IMG/VR virus record: IMGVR_UViG_3300037067_017823
Span: 25,145 to 89,144 of that record
Direction: 5' to 3' (one strand)
Origin: a virus
Lineage: Duplodnaviria > Caudoviricetes
DNA: 64,000 nucleotides
Position numbers and translations under genes: made by a program. The notes under the pieces are model-generated. The model was given only the letters and a program-made list of their open reading frames with translations. It had not been told where the DNA came from and searched no databases. Shown here one piece after another: positions 1 through 9,241 of this stretch. The stretch's first letter is position 1, and each line of letters begins with the position of its first letter.

Positions 1-293
1 TCTCTTCGTGCTTCATTGAGGCCTTCTTCATCGAGATCCTCACATTTTTCTCCACAAGCATTATATTTTTCCATGCAACTGTCTTCGCACGAAGTGTCAC
101 CTTCACAAGAAGCATCGCATTTCTCATAAGAGTCATCGCAAGCTTTTTGACATTTATCGAAAGCATCGTCTGACTCTTCTGTTGAATCGCCATCAAGCAG
201 AAGTTCGAGATCATCATCAACTTTATTCTTATTCTTGTCTTCTTCTGACGAATCTTCGAACAGCTTTATGATTTGTTTTTTAAGTGTCGACAT
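1..293 (-). CDS. Acidic Cys-rich hypothetical protein (runs off window edge)
   Basis: Manual translation from ATG at 293: MSTLKKQIIKLFEDSSEED...CQKACDDSYEKCDASCEGDTSCEDSCMEKYNACGEKCED...; open to position 1; absent from the ORF track. Confidence 0.8.
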   Translation of the reverse strand, partial: MSTLKKQIIKLFEDSSEEDKNKNKVDDDLELLLDGDSTEESDDAFDKCQKACDDSYEKCDASCEGDTSCEDSCMEKYNACGEKCEDLDEEGLNEARR

Positions 294-297
294 ATTT

Positions 298-552
298 TTA
301 ATCCTTTTCAACTATTTCATTTAGTTCGATTGACATGAGCTTCATTTTTCCAAGAAAACGCTCAACAACTTTCCAATCAGCATCTGGATCGAACGTTGAA
401 TCTTTTCCAATGTTATAAGGAAGAAGACCGACGAAGCGATCGAGATTCGCCTTTATCATATCGACTCGATCTTTAAAATCAATCCAAACTCTTGTGGGTT
501 TCGTTTCTTCTCTAATCATTCTCTTGAGTTCACTCAACTTTATTTTTTTCAT
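298..552 (-). CDS. Small hypothetical protein with ..MIREE leader
   Basis: ORF track; GAGG SD upstream; tightly packed operon. Confidence 0.75.
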   Translation of the reverse strand: MKKIKLSELKRMIREETKPTRVWIDFKDRVDMIKANLDRFVGLLPYNIGKDSTFDPDADWKVVERFLGKMKLMSIELNEIVEKD

Positions 553-566
553 GTTTAACTCCTCAT

Positions 567-842
567 TTATTGAGCTTTATACAATTCGTCTCTTAAATTC
601 TTGATAGCATAGTAAATATCTTCAAGTTTAACAAGAGCCTCAACAGAATAATAAGTACACTCTGTTCCATAATTTTTATCTGTTAGAACAAAATATGAAT
701 GCATTCTCTTTATTTTTTTACTTACATTGTCAAAAAAAACATTAGTAATATTTCTAATTTCGTCTATTTCTTCAGTTGCATCTATAGAGTCCATTTCAAC
801 TTGCTCTCGAATTGTCTCTTTTATTTCTTTTCTGAGATTCAT
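567..842 (-). CDS. Small acidic hypothetical protein with MNLRKEIKETIREQ leader
   Basis: ORF track; GGGAG SD; N-terminus resembles those of 9242-9526 and 9523-9846. Confidence 0.8.
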   Translation of the reverse strand: MNLRKEIKETIREQVEMDSIDATEEIDEIRNITNVFFDNVSKKIKRMHSYFVLTDKNYGTECTYYSVEALVKLEDIYYAIKNLRDELYKAQ

Positions 843-860
843 TTTCTGTTTCTCCCTCTC

Positions 861-1127
861 TTATAGCTCACCAAGAGCAAGCAGTGATTCTTTTTGTTTA
901 AAGACAAACTTTGTGTTGATATTAAGACCGATAGCTGTGTATTTCAGTGTTCCTGTAACAATATCTTTCACTGAATCGATCTTTTCTACTTTTATGCTAT
1001 TCGATTCGAGATCAAATTGAGCGAACGTTGCTTTGAAGGATTCTTCAATTTTTCCTTCAATGATTCCTTTTTCTTCTTGTTCACTGAAGAGCTCTCTCAC
1101 TTGTTCAATGAGTTTTATATTGTTCAT
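861..1127 (-). CDS. Small hypothetical protein
   Basis: ORF track; ATGA overlap with upstream gene. Confidence 0.75.
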   Translation of the reverse strand: MNNIKLIEQVRELFSEQEEKGIIEGKIEESFKATFAQFDLESNSIKVEKIDSVKDIVTGTLKYTAIGLNINTKFVFKQKESLLALGEL

Positions 1128-1936
1128 TTATTTCCTCTTATTTCATCAAAGAGCTCTACATATTCGAGAGCAATTCTCAATTTTTGATCTTCTTCGAGAT
1201 GATCATCAGATAGACAATTCTCAAATTTTTTCTTTGCAACAATTAGTTTCTTTGAGATCTCTTCATTAAGTGTCTTGAAACCAAAGTTGTTCTTATTTTC
1301 ATTGAGAATGTCTCCGAAGAACTTCTTTGTACTAGATGTCGATATTGAGTCGAGATAACGAAGCATTAGAGACTTCTGCGACTCGTTAAGTGACTTCATT
1401 GATTCTGTGATATTATCAATTGCTGATATGAATAAGAAGTTATCGACTTTCGTCTTTGAGCACTTTTTATCTTCTTTGAGGTTTTCTGCTAGGATCTTTA
1501 TTACTTCGTTTTCAAAGTTCACATTGTCAATTGATTCTTTCAAAGTTCCCTTTTGTGCGGAATTGATAAACATTTGAATGGAAGCATATAACCTATAATT
1601 GTCTATTTTGTAATCAAAAACTTTATCTGACAACTTTTCTTTTATTTCTTTTATGAGATCTGTCTTTAATTTTAGAGATCTGTCCCTATTTATTTTTTGA
1701 GCGAACTTTGCTATTTCCTTTAAAGACTTCTTGACAACAACTTCTTCTTTTCCCTTCAGTGACGAAATTGCTTTGAATATCTCGAGCTCTTCTTTTAAAA
1801 CGCTATTCTTAAAATATTTTTCAATAACATCAAAAACAGATTTAGTTTCTTTGTTTTTCAACATTCTCGAAGCGACTTCATGAGACAAAAACTCATAAAT
1901 AAGACCAATGTTTGTTTTTTTATTGTGGTGATTCAT
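1124..1936 (-). CDS. Conserved hypothetical head-module protein downstream of portal
   Basis: 270 aa ORF, GGGAG SD; N-terminal HNKKTNIGLIYEFL resembles proteins I recall following the portal in large T4-like phages. Confidence 0.7.
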   Translation of the reverse strand: MNHHNKKTNIGLIYEFLSHEVASRMLKNKETKSVFDVIEKYFKNSVLKEELEIFKAISSLKGKEEVVVKKSLKEIAKFAQKINRDRSLKLKTDLIKEIKEKLSDKVFDYKIDNYRLYASIQMFINSAQKGTLKESIDNVNFENEVIKILAENLKEDKKCSKTKVDNFLFISAIDNITESMKSLNESQKSLMLRYLDSISTSSTKKFFGDILNENKNNFGFKTLNEEISKKLIVAKKKFENCLSDDHLEEDQKLRIALEYVELFDEIRGNK

Positions 1937-1975
1937 TGAATCTCCCTAAAAAGATAGTTTTCTACTATTTAATTA

Positions 1976-3958
1976 TTATTCTGAAGTGATTTTATCGTCA
2001 TTTTCAATAGAAACATCGAGCTCTTCTTTGTCTTCAAATTTCACTTTATTTATTCCACTAGTGATGATTTCTGTTAGAAGTCTATTTTTCCCACCGAGAT
2101 TTAGTGAAACCATTTCAGATTCGATGCCGTGAGCAAGGCGAGAAAATGTCTTTTTTCCATATGGATCATGCATTGTATCATCGTCATCATGTGTAACATC
2201 ATTGCTTAAATCAACAAGACCACTTTGATTTCTGTTCTTCGACTGCCTTCTTTTTCTTTCATAATCTGTTTCTTTTTTCTTTGCCCTTGCTTTATCAAAT
2301 GCATCATTTGCAGCAGTCACGAGTTCACCTTCACCGCCACCAACTTCAGCTTCTGCTCCACCTTCTTCAGCACCACCAAGCTCTGCTTCTTCTCCACCGA
2401 GTTCCTCACCACCGAGTTCTTCTCCTTCAACAGGAGGTTCAGCACCTCCACCACCCATCATTCCTCCACCACCGCCTCCACCCATCATCTCACCCCCACC
2501 TTCAGCAGAACCTTGTTCACCAGCCTTTTGTTCAACGAATGCAATTTGCCCATCAACATAAGCATCTTTCATTCTTCCAATATTTATTTGCTTAATGTCA
2601 TCATCTTTGAGATTGAAGAAGCGTTTTAGAACATAGGAACGATCGAATAACTTTTCATTATTGAGACCAGAGACAACCTGAACTCTTCTTTCGAGAAGGT
2701 CAAGTTTCTGCATTGAAGCGAGGTTCGATGGATTCGTTAGCTTCAAATCGAAACCAAGAAGATCTTTTCCTGAATATCCTTGAGAAATCAAGTGGACCAT
2801 AGCAATCTTTGTGAGTTCAGAAACTATAGCTCTCTGTATTCTTTCTATTGTTCTTGAAAAACGAATATCGAGAGATGCGAGAGTTGATTTATTTGCAAGA
2901 TCTTCTTCATACGTCAAATATGCTCTCGGTATTCCAAGAGCAGCAATCAGTTTCTTGAGAAGATATTCTACGTCTTCAATATCATTGACATGTTGACCAC
3001 CTGGAAGTGATTCAATTCTATTTGTTTTGTCACCTCTTTGAGGAATAAAGTAGTCTTCAGAAACATCGAGTGGGTCGAATCTTTGATCAACTTTACCATA
3101 AAGCTTGTTCACAACGTTTGCATTTCTAAGTTTCGCCTTAATTTTTTGCATGAACTCTTCAACGTTTTGTGGTTGAACACCTGAAACGTCGATATAAAAA
3201 ACTCTTCTTTCTGGAGCTCGAAGAACACGATAAACAAGCATTGCGTCTTCCATGAGAACGAGTTTCCGCCAGAAAGATCGAGCTCCCTCAATGAACGATG
3301 TTCCATATGGAAGAAATTTATCTTGACCGAGAAGACGGAAGTGAGCAACCTGCCAGTTTTCTAGTAAGCGGTTTGTTGTTAACCACTTGAATCTTATTTC
3401 TTGAGGATCTTCCTTTGAACCTTCGAGTCGTTCAAAGTCATTAACTGGAATTGTTATGAGACGTTCAATGCCATTTTTTGGATGAACGTCGATATACTGA
3501 GTGAAGTCGCCATATTTACAGAGTGTTCTCGCCCACCCCCAAATATAAAAATCAATGTCAAGAATATCGAAGAATAACGATTCAAGAATTTGCTTTATTG
3601 ACTCATTCTCAGATTCTACGAATAAAACTTTTCCATCTTCAGAACGCGAAGTAGCTTCATCAGCTACGAGGTTAAGAGCGCTGGCTATTTCTGGTACGGA
3701 CTCCATAAGGCAAAACTCAGTGTACCTTGCAAGCCTATTCGTATCATAGTTTGCATTTGACCCATCACCAAACCATTGTGACGCTCCAAGATTGCTTCTT
3801 TGAAGTCCAAAATCTCGCATGAAAGAAGTGACTTCTTCTTTCGTATCGAGAGACGGCTTTATTCTTGACGAAACGAGCGAACCGCGCTTCATCAAACGCC
3901 AAAGATTACGAAACGTACTTACGTTTCCGAACTTCGGTCCATCGTTTTTATTATCCAT
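1976..3958 (-). CDS. gp20: Portal (head vertex) protein, T4 gp20-like
   Basis: Diagnostic LMEDAMLVYRVLRAPERRVFYIDV motif, EDYFIPQRG, ALGIPRAYL; Gly/Glu-rich C-terminal tail. Confidence 0.95.
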   Translation of the reverse strand: MDNKNDGPKFGNVSTFRNLWRLMKRGSLVSSRIKPSLDTKEEVTSFMRDFGLQRSNLGASQWFGDGSNANYDTNRLARYTEFCLMESVPEIASALNLVADEATSRSEDGKVLFVESENESIKQILESLFFDILDIDFYIWGWARTLCKYGDFTQYIDVHPKNGIERLITIPVNDFERLEGSKEDPQEIRFKWLTTNRLLENWQVAHFRLLGQDKFLPYGTSFIEGARSFWRKLVLMEDAMLVYRVLRAPERRVFYIDVSGVQPQNVEEFMQKIKAKLRNANVVNKLYGKVDQRFDPLDVSEDYFIPQRGDKTNRIESLPGGQHVNDIEDVEYLLKKLIAALGIPRAYLTYEEDLANKSTLASLDIRFSRTIERIQRAIVSELTKIAMVHLISQGYSGKDLLGFDLKLTNPSNLASMQKLDLLERRVQVVSGLNNEKLFDRSYVLKRFFNLKDDDIKQINIGRMKDAYVDGQIAFVEQKAGEQGSAEGGGEMMGGGGGGGMMGGGGAEPPVEGEELGGEELGGEEAELGGAEEGGAEAEVGGGEGELVTAANDAFDKARAKKKETDYERKRRQSKNRNQSGLVDLSNDVTHDDDDTMHDPYGKKTFSRLAHGIESEMVSLNLGGKNRLLTEIITSGINKVKFEDKEELDVSIENDDKITSE

Positions 3959-5126
3959 TTTCTTGTTTCCTTAATTTGCTGAAAAATAAATCAAGTTGCG
4001 AACTGTTACCACAAACAAAATACGGCTCTTCGTCATAATCACTATATCGAATAAAGTTTATGTTATTGTCCTGAAAATATTTATTCACTTCTACATCTTT
4101 AAAATGCGTTTCATATATTTTGTGATCTCTTTTGTTCTTTGATTCTTTTAACTCTTCTACAGTCTTGTTTAGACCGTGCCAATAAGAAGAGTCTTGCATT
4201 ATAAAAAATCTTTGTTCATTTACAGAAACAACAAAATCAATTATTGAAAGTCTTTTTTTGTTGTTTGAATCAATAAATTCAACGTTATGTTGTCTTTCGA
4301 CGTCGTTAAAAAAACAACACAGTGATTTGTATTTTTCTTCTTCTGGTTTCGATTTTCCATACGAACAATTCAATTTCATAGTATTACTTGCTTTTTTAGC
4401 ATTCTCTACGAAAAAACTTGGATTTTCTTTCTTTAGTCTGTCGATAACTTGTTTATGAGTCGTATCGTTATTTATTCTTGATAGTCTCACTTTTTCTTTT
4501 GACTTTGCTGTTATTACTCCAGCGCTATTTCCATTAGCTTTCATTGTGGCTTGAGTTTTAGCTGCATTTTTGTGATAAAAATCTGGATCTTTTTTTCTTA
4601 TTCTTTCGACTACCTCATTATATGTAGTATGATTCTCTTTTCTCGTTTCTTTAGCTTTTATCTGACCAGTCGAAAAAGAATTTTCTTTTCTTCTTGTTTC
4701 AACCATTTTTTTAATTGTTTGATCAAATTTTCCAGACTCTTTTAATTTTCTTACTCTTTCTCTTTGGCTCTGTTTTAGTTTTTCACTATTTGTTAGGCTC
4801 ATTTTAAGTTTATTTATCATTTGCTCATAAGAACCATCACTCTTCATTCTTGCTATTCTTTTATCACTATATTCTTTTGCTTTTCCGCTGATGCCGTTTT
4901 CTATGTTTCGGCAACTCGTTGCGCAACCTTTACAGCAAAAATTTCGTTCTTTTTGTGCACAAAATCGTTTATAGAAATATTTTTTACAATTATGACATTC
5001 TATCCATTCATCTGTTAGAAAGCGCTCTGAATAGTTTTTGATTGTTATTTTATGAGAAGAAAAAATGTGCTGTTTTAGTCTTTTTCTATTTTCGCATTTC
5101 TTATTACATATTTTACAGAAAAACAT
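3951..5126 (-). CDS. Free-standing homing endonuclease 1, Vsr/DUF559 (EDxHD)-like with N-terminal C2H2 zinc finger
   Basis: CKIC..HIFSSH finger; C-terminal SKPEE..DF..DSSYWHG..KD..IRYSD motif; stop overlaps portal ATG. Confidence 0.8.
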   Translation of the reverse strand: MFFCKICNKKCENRKRLKQHIFSSHKITIKNYSERFLTDEWIECHNCKKYFYKRFCAQKERNFCCKGCATSCRNIENGISGKAKEYSDKRIARMKSDGSYEQMINKLKMSLTNSEKLKQSQRERVRKLKESGKFDQTIKKMVETRRKENSFSTGQIKAKETRKENHTTYNEVVERIRKKDPDFYHKNAAKTQATMKANGNSAGVITAKSKEKVRLSRINNDTTHKQVIDRLKKENPSFFVENAKKASNTMKLNCSYGKSKPEEEKYKSLCCFFNDVERQHNVEFIDSNNKKRLSIIDFVVSVNEQRFFIMQDSSYWHGLNKTVEELKESKNKRDHKIYETHFKDVEVNKYFQDNNINFIRYSDYDEEPYFVCGNSSQLDLFFSKLRKQENG

Positions 5127-5133
5127 TTTTCAA

Positions 5134-5148
5134 TCCTATTTTATCACA
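5134..5148 (-). promoter_or_regulatory. Extended -10 promoter-like TGTGATAAAAT plus AGGA SD upstream of endonuclease 1
   Basis: Minus strand reads TGTGATAAAATAGGATTGAAAAATG; 15/15 match to 39635-39649. Confidence 0.5.
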
Positions 5149-5151
5149 AAA

Positions 5152-8088
5152 CTAAATCTTTGCTATCAATAGTGCAAGGTGTTCAGCTTCATTATTGTTA
5201 TTAGGTTTTTTTCCTATATCAAATGCTTCTCTCGATGAAATGAAGCCTGAAACAAGAGTATCTATTTTTTGTATCGTTTTTTCAATTTCTTTGAAGTGTC
5301 TATCTTTTATAACTGCACAAATTGCGAGAGACATTATAATATCGTCAGTACTCCCTCTTGTTGCTTCTGGTCTCTGTCCCTTCCAAATGAATGTTGTAAA
5401 TTCATCATAACATCTCTTTGAGCGAATAGTAATAGCTCCAAGTCGAAGGAGCTCCTCAAGTTTCTGAAGCATACTTGGTCTTGATGTAGACGTTGTATGA
5501 AGACCAGCTTTCGCTGATTTGTTTCCAGTTGATTCCCAACAAGTGAGAACACCAAATGGCATTCCACCAAGCGACCTCGTAGAAAAATAAAGATCTTCAT
5601 ATTCGAGTTCAAGAATTTTTTGAATTACAGCATCACCATAAGAGTTCGATTCTGGAATTATTAATGCATTATTATATTCTCGTCCAATGTTCACAAGAAA
5701 CTCTGAAAAATCATTTGTTTTGATCTTACCTCTATATTCAGCAACAACTTCTCCTGTAGCAACATTCATGACACAAAACGCAGAAAAATCACCACCATCT
5801 CCTCTTGCGACATCAGCTCCAATCAAGTATCTTTGATCAAATTCAGAACTCTTCCAAATCCAAAGATCTCCTCTTTTTTGAATTGGTTCGCAAATTGTTT
5901 CATTGATTTTTTCAAAGATATTAGTGTCAAGAAATGTATTACCAGATTCGAGGAACTTACATTCATATTCTTGCGCAATTTCTCTTGTTGTTTTTCCTAT
6001 TCTCTCTTTTTCAAACCATTCCCTCGAGAATCTTCTGCTCCATGGATATTCTTTTACTTTAAATTCGTTTTCTCCGTTTTGAGCACCAGTAACTATTTCC
6101 CAAAACTTGTTTCCAACACCTCTCGGCGTGGAAGCCATGACGCATCTTCCGCCTGTATTACTACCTATTATTCCGTTCTGTAGGAATGAATGTGTCTTTG
6201 GTACTGTAAAGTCATAAGTGATATTCTCAGAATCTTTTATATCAACGATCTCGTCCCAAAAACATCTATGTTCAATCAGATCGTTAAATAGTCTATCTTG
6301 ACTTTCAGTTATTTTTATATTTTGCTCTCTTATTATATTTACAAACTTACAGATCCAATTGAAAGTTATTTTCTTATACTTATCAACATATAAAAGATCT
6401 GTTCTAACTTTATTTCTTCTAAAGAAACTTTTGGACTTACCTGAATTCTTGATTATGTCTTTGAACTGTTCAACGACAACATGTTTTGGAATTGTTTCGC
6501 GTTTCCAAATCTGAATTCGTTCTTTTGATTGTTTTCTAAGTCTGTCGTTTTTACGTTTTATTCTGAATCCAATATTTTGTTTAAAGACAGTTAAATAGCT
6601 TCTTGAAATAGATAGCTTCCAACAATTATGTGCACTCTTTGGTAACTTACCTCTAGGTAATACGCATCCCTTATCTAAAAGTTTTTGTAAGTCATCATCA
6701 TGCATCAATCGTATATAAGAAACGATTCCAAAATTTAACAATAATAACTGAGTTTGTATTAATAACTTGTGACTCGAACTTACTAAAACAATGTCTCCTT
6801 TTTCTCCTATACAACCATCACCATCGAACAGCCCTGACAAAAAAGAACCAATGATTTCTTTTGAGCATTCAAATATTTTTTCTGGAATGTGTTTTGTATG
6901 ACTTTTATTAACCCTGTTTATGCCAATAGCTTTAAAAAGTCTAACCATCTCTTTCGAACAGCAAATAAGTTTTCCTTTACTTCCTTCGTAGTCTGGCTTT
7001 TGACTATGAAACTCTTTTATAACTTTATTTTTTAAGAACACTTTTCTAAATTCATCGTCTTCGTTACTAATTAAAACTCCATTTCCTATATCGTTAATAT
7101 CTTTAGAACCAGTTATCCAACCTTCAGCAACATATCCACCTAAAATATATGCGAAATTTTTTGTGAGATATTTGAGCTGTTTATGACCAACGAAGTTATT
7201 ATTTCCCCATACATTCATATCAACATCAACGCGGAGACAGTCTCCAATCTTGAGATTTTCCATTGCAGTCATTTCAGATCCGTTTTCAGTGAGCTTCAAT
7301 AATGGATGTATAAGAGTTGTTTCAAGTTGGAGACCATGTCTAGTTGTTATTATCTTCGTCTTACTTTTTGGAGAAACATATGCATGAGAAACTTCTTCGA
7401 TACCTTTTCTTCCATATATTTTTAAACCATTGACTTTATTACTATATTCTCCTTCATTAATGTCTTTACAGATGTCATCAATTCTTTTGAAACCACTCTC
7501 TGTGAGTATCATTGTGTTGCCAGTTACACAAGAAATAGTCGGGAAGAGCCCTACCCAATGTTCTCTCAGTTTCTCAATAAGAGCAGCTTCGTCAATAAAG
7601 AACAGAGATGCTGCTTCACCAACACCGGCGTCCATAGAAGTAGCTTGACTCTTTACCCATGATCCATTTGATAACTCAAAGCGCATCGAATTGTTCTTAA
7701 CAACAGAATATAATCTAAGCCATTGTGGACATTCAGTAACAAAGGTTTTTACCATCTCAAAAGAGATTCCAGCTTTTTCTCTCTTTGTTGCCATAATGAA
7801 AACGTGACGAGCTTTTCGAAAGAGAATATACCAAGCAATGAAGCCAGCAATTATCGTTGAAACACCGAGCTGTCTTGATTTTAGAACTGCGAGGTAGCGA
7901 TTTTCTTGAAGTTCTTGTAATATTTCTCTTTGGTAGTCAAAGAGCTCAAATCTTTTTATGCCAAATTCTTCTGTTCTTATATAGCCATATTGATCGAGGA
8001 AGTACTCTACACTATCAGCACATTTCAAAAATTCAGACTTTATAAACTCTTTTGTGAGACCAGACGAATCGTGTTTTGGATCAGCCAT
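5152..8088 (-). CDS. terL: Terminase large subunit (T4 gp17-like) containing an intein; about 520 aa after splicing
   Basis: LKSRQLG Walker A region, FFIDEAA Walker B, ASTPRG motif III, nuclease IGADVARGDGGDFS and DDIIMS; adjacent to portal. Confidence 0.95.
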   Translation of the reverse strand: MADPKHDSSGLTKEFIKSEFLKCADSVEYFLDQYGYIRTEEFGIKRFELFDYQREILQELQENRYLAVLKSRQLGVSTIIAGFIAWYILFRKARHVFIMATKREKAGISFEMVKTFVTECPQWLRLYSVVKNNSMRFELSNGSWVKSQATSMDAGVGEAASLFFIDEAALIEKLREHWVGLFPTISCVTGNTMILTESGFKRIDDICKDINEGEYSNKVNGLKIYGRKGIEEVSHAYVSPKSKTKIITTRHGLQLETTLIHPLLKLTENGSEMTAMENLKIGDCLRVDVDMNVWGNNNFVGHKQLKYLTKNFAYILGGYVAEGWITGSKDINDIGNGVLISNEDDEFRKVFLKNKVIKEFHSQKPDYEGSKGKLICCSKEMVRLFKAIGINRVNKSHTKHIPEKIFECSKEIIGSFLSGLFDGDGCIGEKGDIVLVSSSHKLLIQTQLLLLNFGIVSYIRLMHDDDLQKLLDKGCVLPRGKLPKSAHNCWKLSISRSYLTVFKQNIGFRIKRKNDRLRKQSKERIQIWKRETIPKHVVVEQFKDIIKNSGKSKSFFRRNKVRTDLLYVDKYKKITFNWICKFVNIIREQNIKITESQDRLFNDLIEHRCFWDEIVDIKDSENITYDFTVPKTHSFLQNGIIGSNTGGRCVMASTPRGVGNKFWEIVTGAQNGENEFKVKEYPWSRRFSREWFEKERIGKTTREIAQEYECKFLESGNTFLDTNIFEKINETICEPIQKRGDLWIWKSSEFDQRYLIGADVARGDGGDFSAFCVMNVATGEVVAEYRGKIKTNDFSEFLVNIGREYNNALIIPESNSYGDAVIQKILELEYEDLYFSTRSLGGMPFGVLTCWESTGNKSAKAGLHTTSTSRPSMLQKLEELLRLGAITIRSKRCYDEFTTFIWKGQRPEATRGSTDDIIMSLAICAVIKDRHFKEIEKTIQKIDTLVSGFISSREAFDIGKKPNNNNEAEHLALLIAKI
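6157..7530 (-). mobile_element. Intein (458 aa) with LAGLIDADG homing endonuclease in TerL
   Basis: FPTIS|CVTGNT N-junction, TT..HP block B, LGGYVAEG and FLSGLFDGDG motifs, YDFTV and HSFLQNGIIGSN|T C-junction. Confidence 0.95.
8041..8088 (-). repeat. Copy 2 of 48 nt direct repeat (terL codons 1-16)
   Basis: ATGGCTGATCCAAAACACGATTCGTCTGGTCTCACAAAAGAGTTTATA; 44/48 identical to 9158-9205. Confidence 0.95.
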
Positions 8089-9205
8089 AAAACTTTCTCC
8101 AAAATGAATCTAATTGATTTGATTCGCCATTACAATAATATGGTAACATTTTCTCAGTTTTGTTTTTAAGAAAATTAGTAATAGAAACATCAGAAAATTT
8201 TACTACGTTTATACACATATTCTTGCTAGAAATATAGTCTTCAAGATATCTATCTCTATAATATGTTTCAAATATCGTTTTGTCTGTCTTTGTTCTTAAA
8301 TTTGCTATTTCAACTATTGGTCTATCAAGACCGTGATAATAGATACCATCAATACATATAAAAATAATTCGACCATCTTCTACAACAGCAAAATCAAAAG
8401 TGAAAGATTTTTTGTAATCTTCTAGTCTTAAGCCAAACAGTTTTATAAATTCATTTGAGTTTATACTTATTTGATTATGAACGCAATTAAATTTTGAACT
8501 CAAAAATGACCCAAACTTGCTTTCTGGATTTGATTTGTTATACGTCCCATTTTTCTTTCTTGTTTCAGAAATTTTCAAAGAAACAAGTCTATTAAAAATA
8601 GCTCCTTTTGATTTTCTTGTATTTACTCCCTTAATAGCTGACTCACTTCTTTTAACGAGAAATTTTTCAGTGTAATAACCGTTTTGTCTCTTTTTTAAAA
8701 GAGTTTTTTTACCTATAACAGATAAAAGACCTTTTTTTCTTAAATTCTCTGCTCTCTTCAAAGCGCAAATATGATAAATGTTTTTACTTTTTAACGTCTT
8801 TTTTGAATTTTCAATAACTTTTTTTTGTATATGAGGAGTCACAAAAGAATTTTTAAATCCATATTTTTTTAAAAAACTTTTTTCAATAGACATTTTTCTA
8901 AATTGATTCATGCATTTTTTGTTATTACAAGTATTTTTAAGACGTAACCTAATGTAACCATAACTTCTAAAATAATTTTTGTTACAGACAGCGCAATTAC
9001 ATATTTCATCAGTATGATGCTTCCAAGCGTATTCAATTCTAGAGATATTATGTTGAGCTAATAGATGACCAGAAAAACCTTGTGAACCTATATATGTATT
9101 ACAACATCTACATAAAATACTAAACTTGCTGTCTAATATTTTGATATCTTTACAGTCAATAAACTCTTTTGTGAGACCAGAAGAGTCATGTTTTGGATCA
9201 GCCAT
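8081..9205 (-). CDS. Free-standing homing endonuclease 2 (EDxHD-like) whose first 16 aa equal the TerL N-terminus
   Basis: MADPKHDSSGLTKEFI, then CRCC..H..H finger; SNPE..FDF..DGIYYHG..RD nuclease motif; stop overlaps terL ATG. Confidence 0.85.
   Translation of the reverse strand: MADPKHDSSGLTKEFIDCKDIKILDSKFSILCRCCNTYIGSQGFSGHLLAQHNISRIEYAWKHHTDEICNCAVCNKNYFRSYGYIRLRLKNTCNNKKCMNQFRKMSIEKSFLKKYGFKNSFVTPHIQKKVIENSKKTLKSKNIYHICALKRAENLRKKGLLSVIGKKTLLKKRQNGYYTEKFLVKRSESAIKGVNTRKSKGAIFNRLVSLKISETRKKNGTYNKSNPESKFGSFLSSKFNCVHNQISINSNEFIKLFGLRLEDYKKSFTFDFAVVEDGRIIFICIDGIYYHGLDRPIVEIANLRTKTDKTIFETYYRDRYLEDYISSKNMCINVVKFSDVSITNFLKNKTEKMLPYYCNGESNQLDSFWRKFYG
9158..9205 (-). repeat. Copy 1 of 48 nt direct repeat (terL codons 1-16, fused to endonuclease 2)
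   Basis: ATGGCTGATCCAAAACATGACTCTTCTGGTCTCACAAAAGAGTTTATT; all four differences from copy 2 are synonymous third positions. Confidence 0.95.
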
Positions 9206-9208
9206 ACA

Positions 9209-9216
9209 TTAATTAT
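9209..9216 (-). promoter_or_regulatory. Putative late promoter ATAATTAA
   Basis: 3 nt upstream of ATG 9205; same motif upstream of starts at 1936, 23206, 28501, 39564, 41179 (ATAATTAG) and 42812. Confidence 0.55.
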
Positions 9217-9241
9217 GATTTTGTGGAACTTTTAGTAGGTC

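Noticed and set aside
7855-7885. TerL Walker A lacks the canonical Lys (SRQLGVST versus T4 SRQLGKT), suggesting inactivation
   Set aside because: To my recollection KSRQLG(I/V)ST is a common variant in this group of large-phage terminases, and all other motifs are intact.
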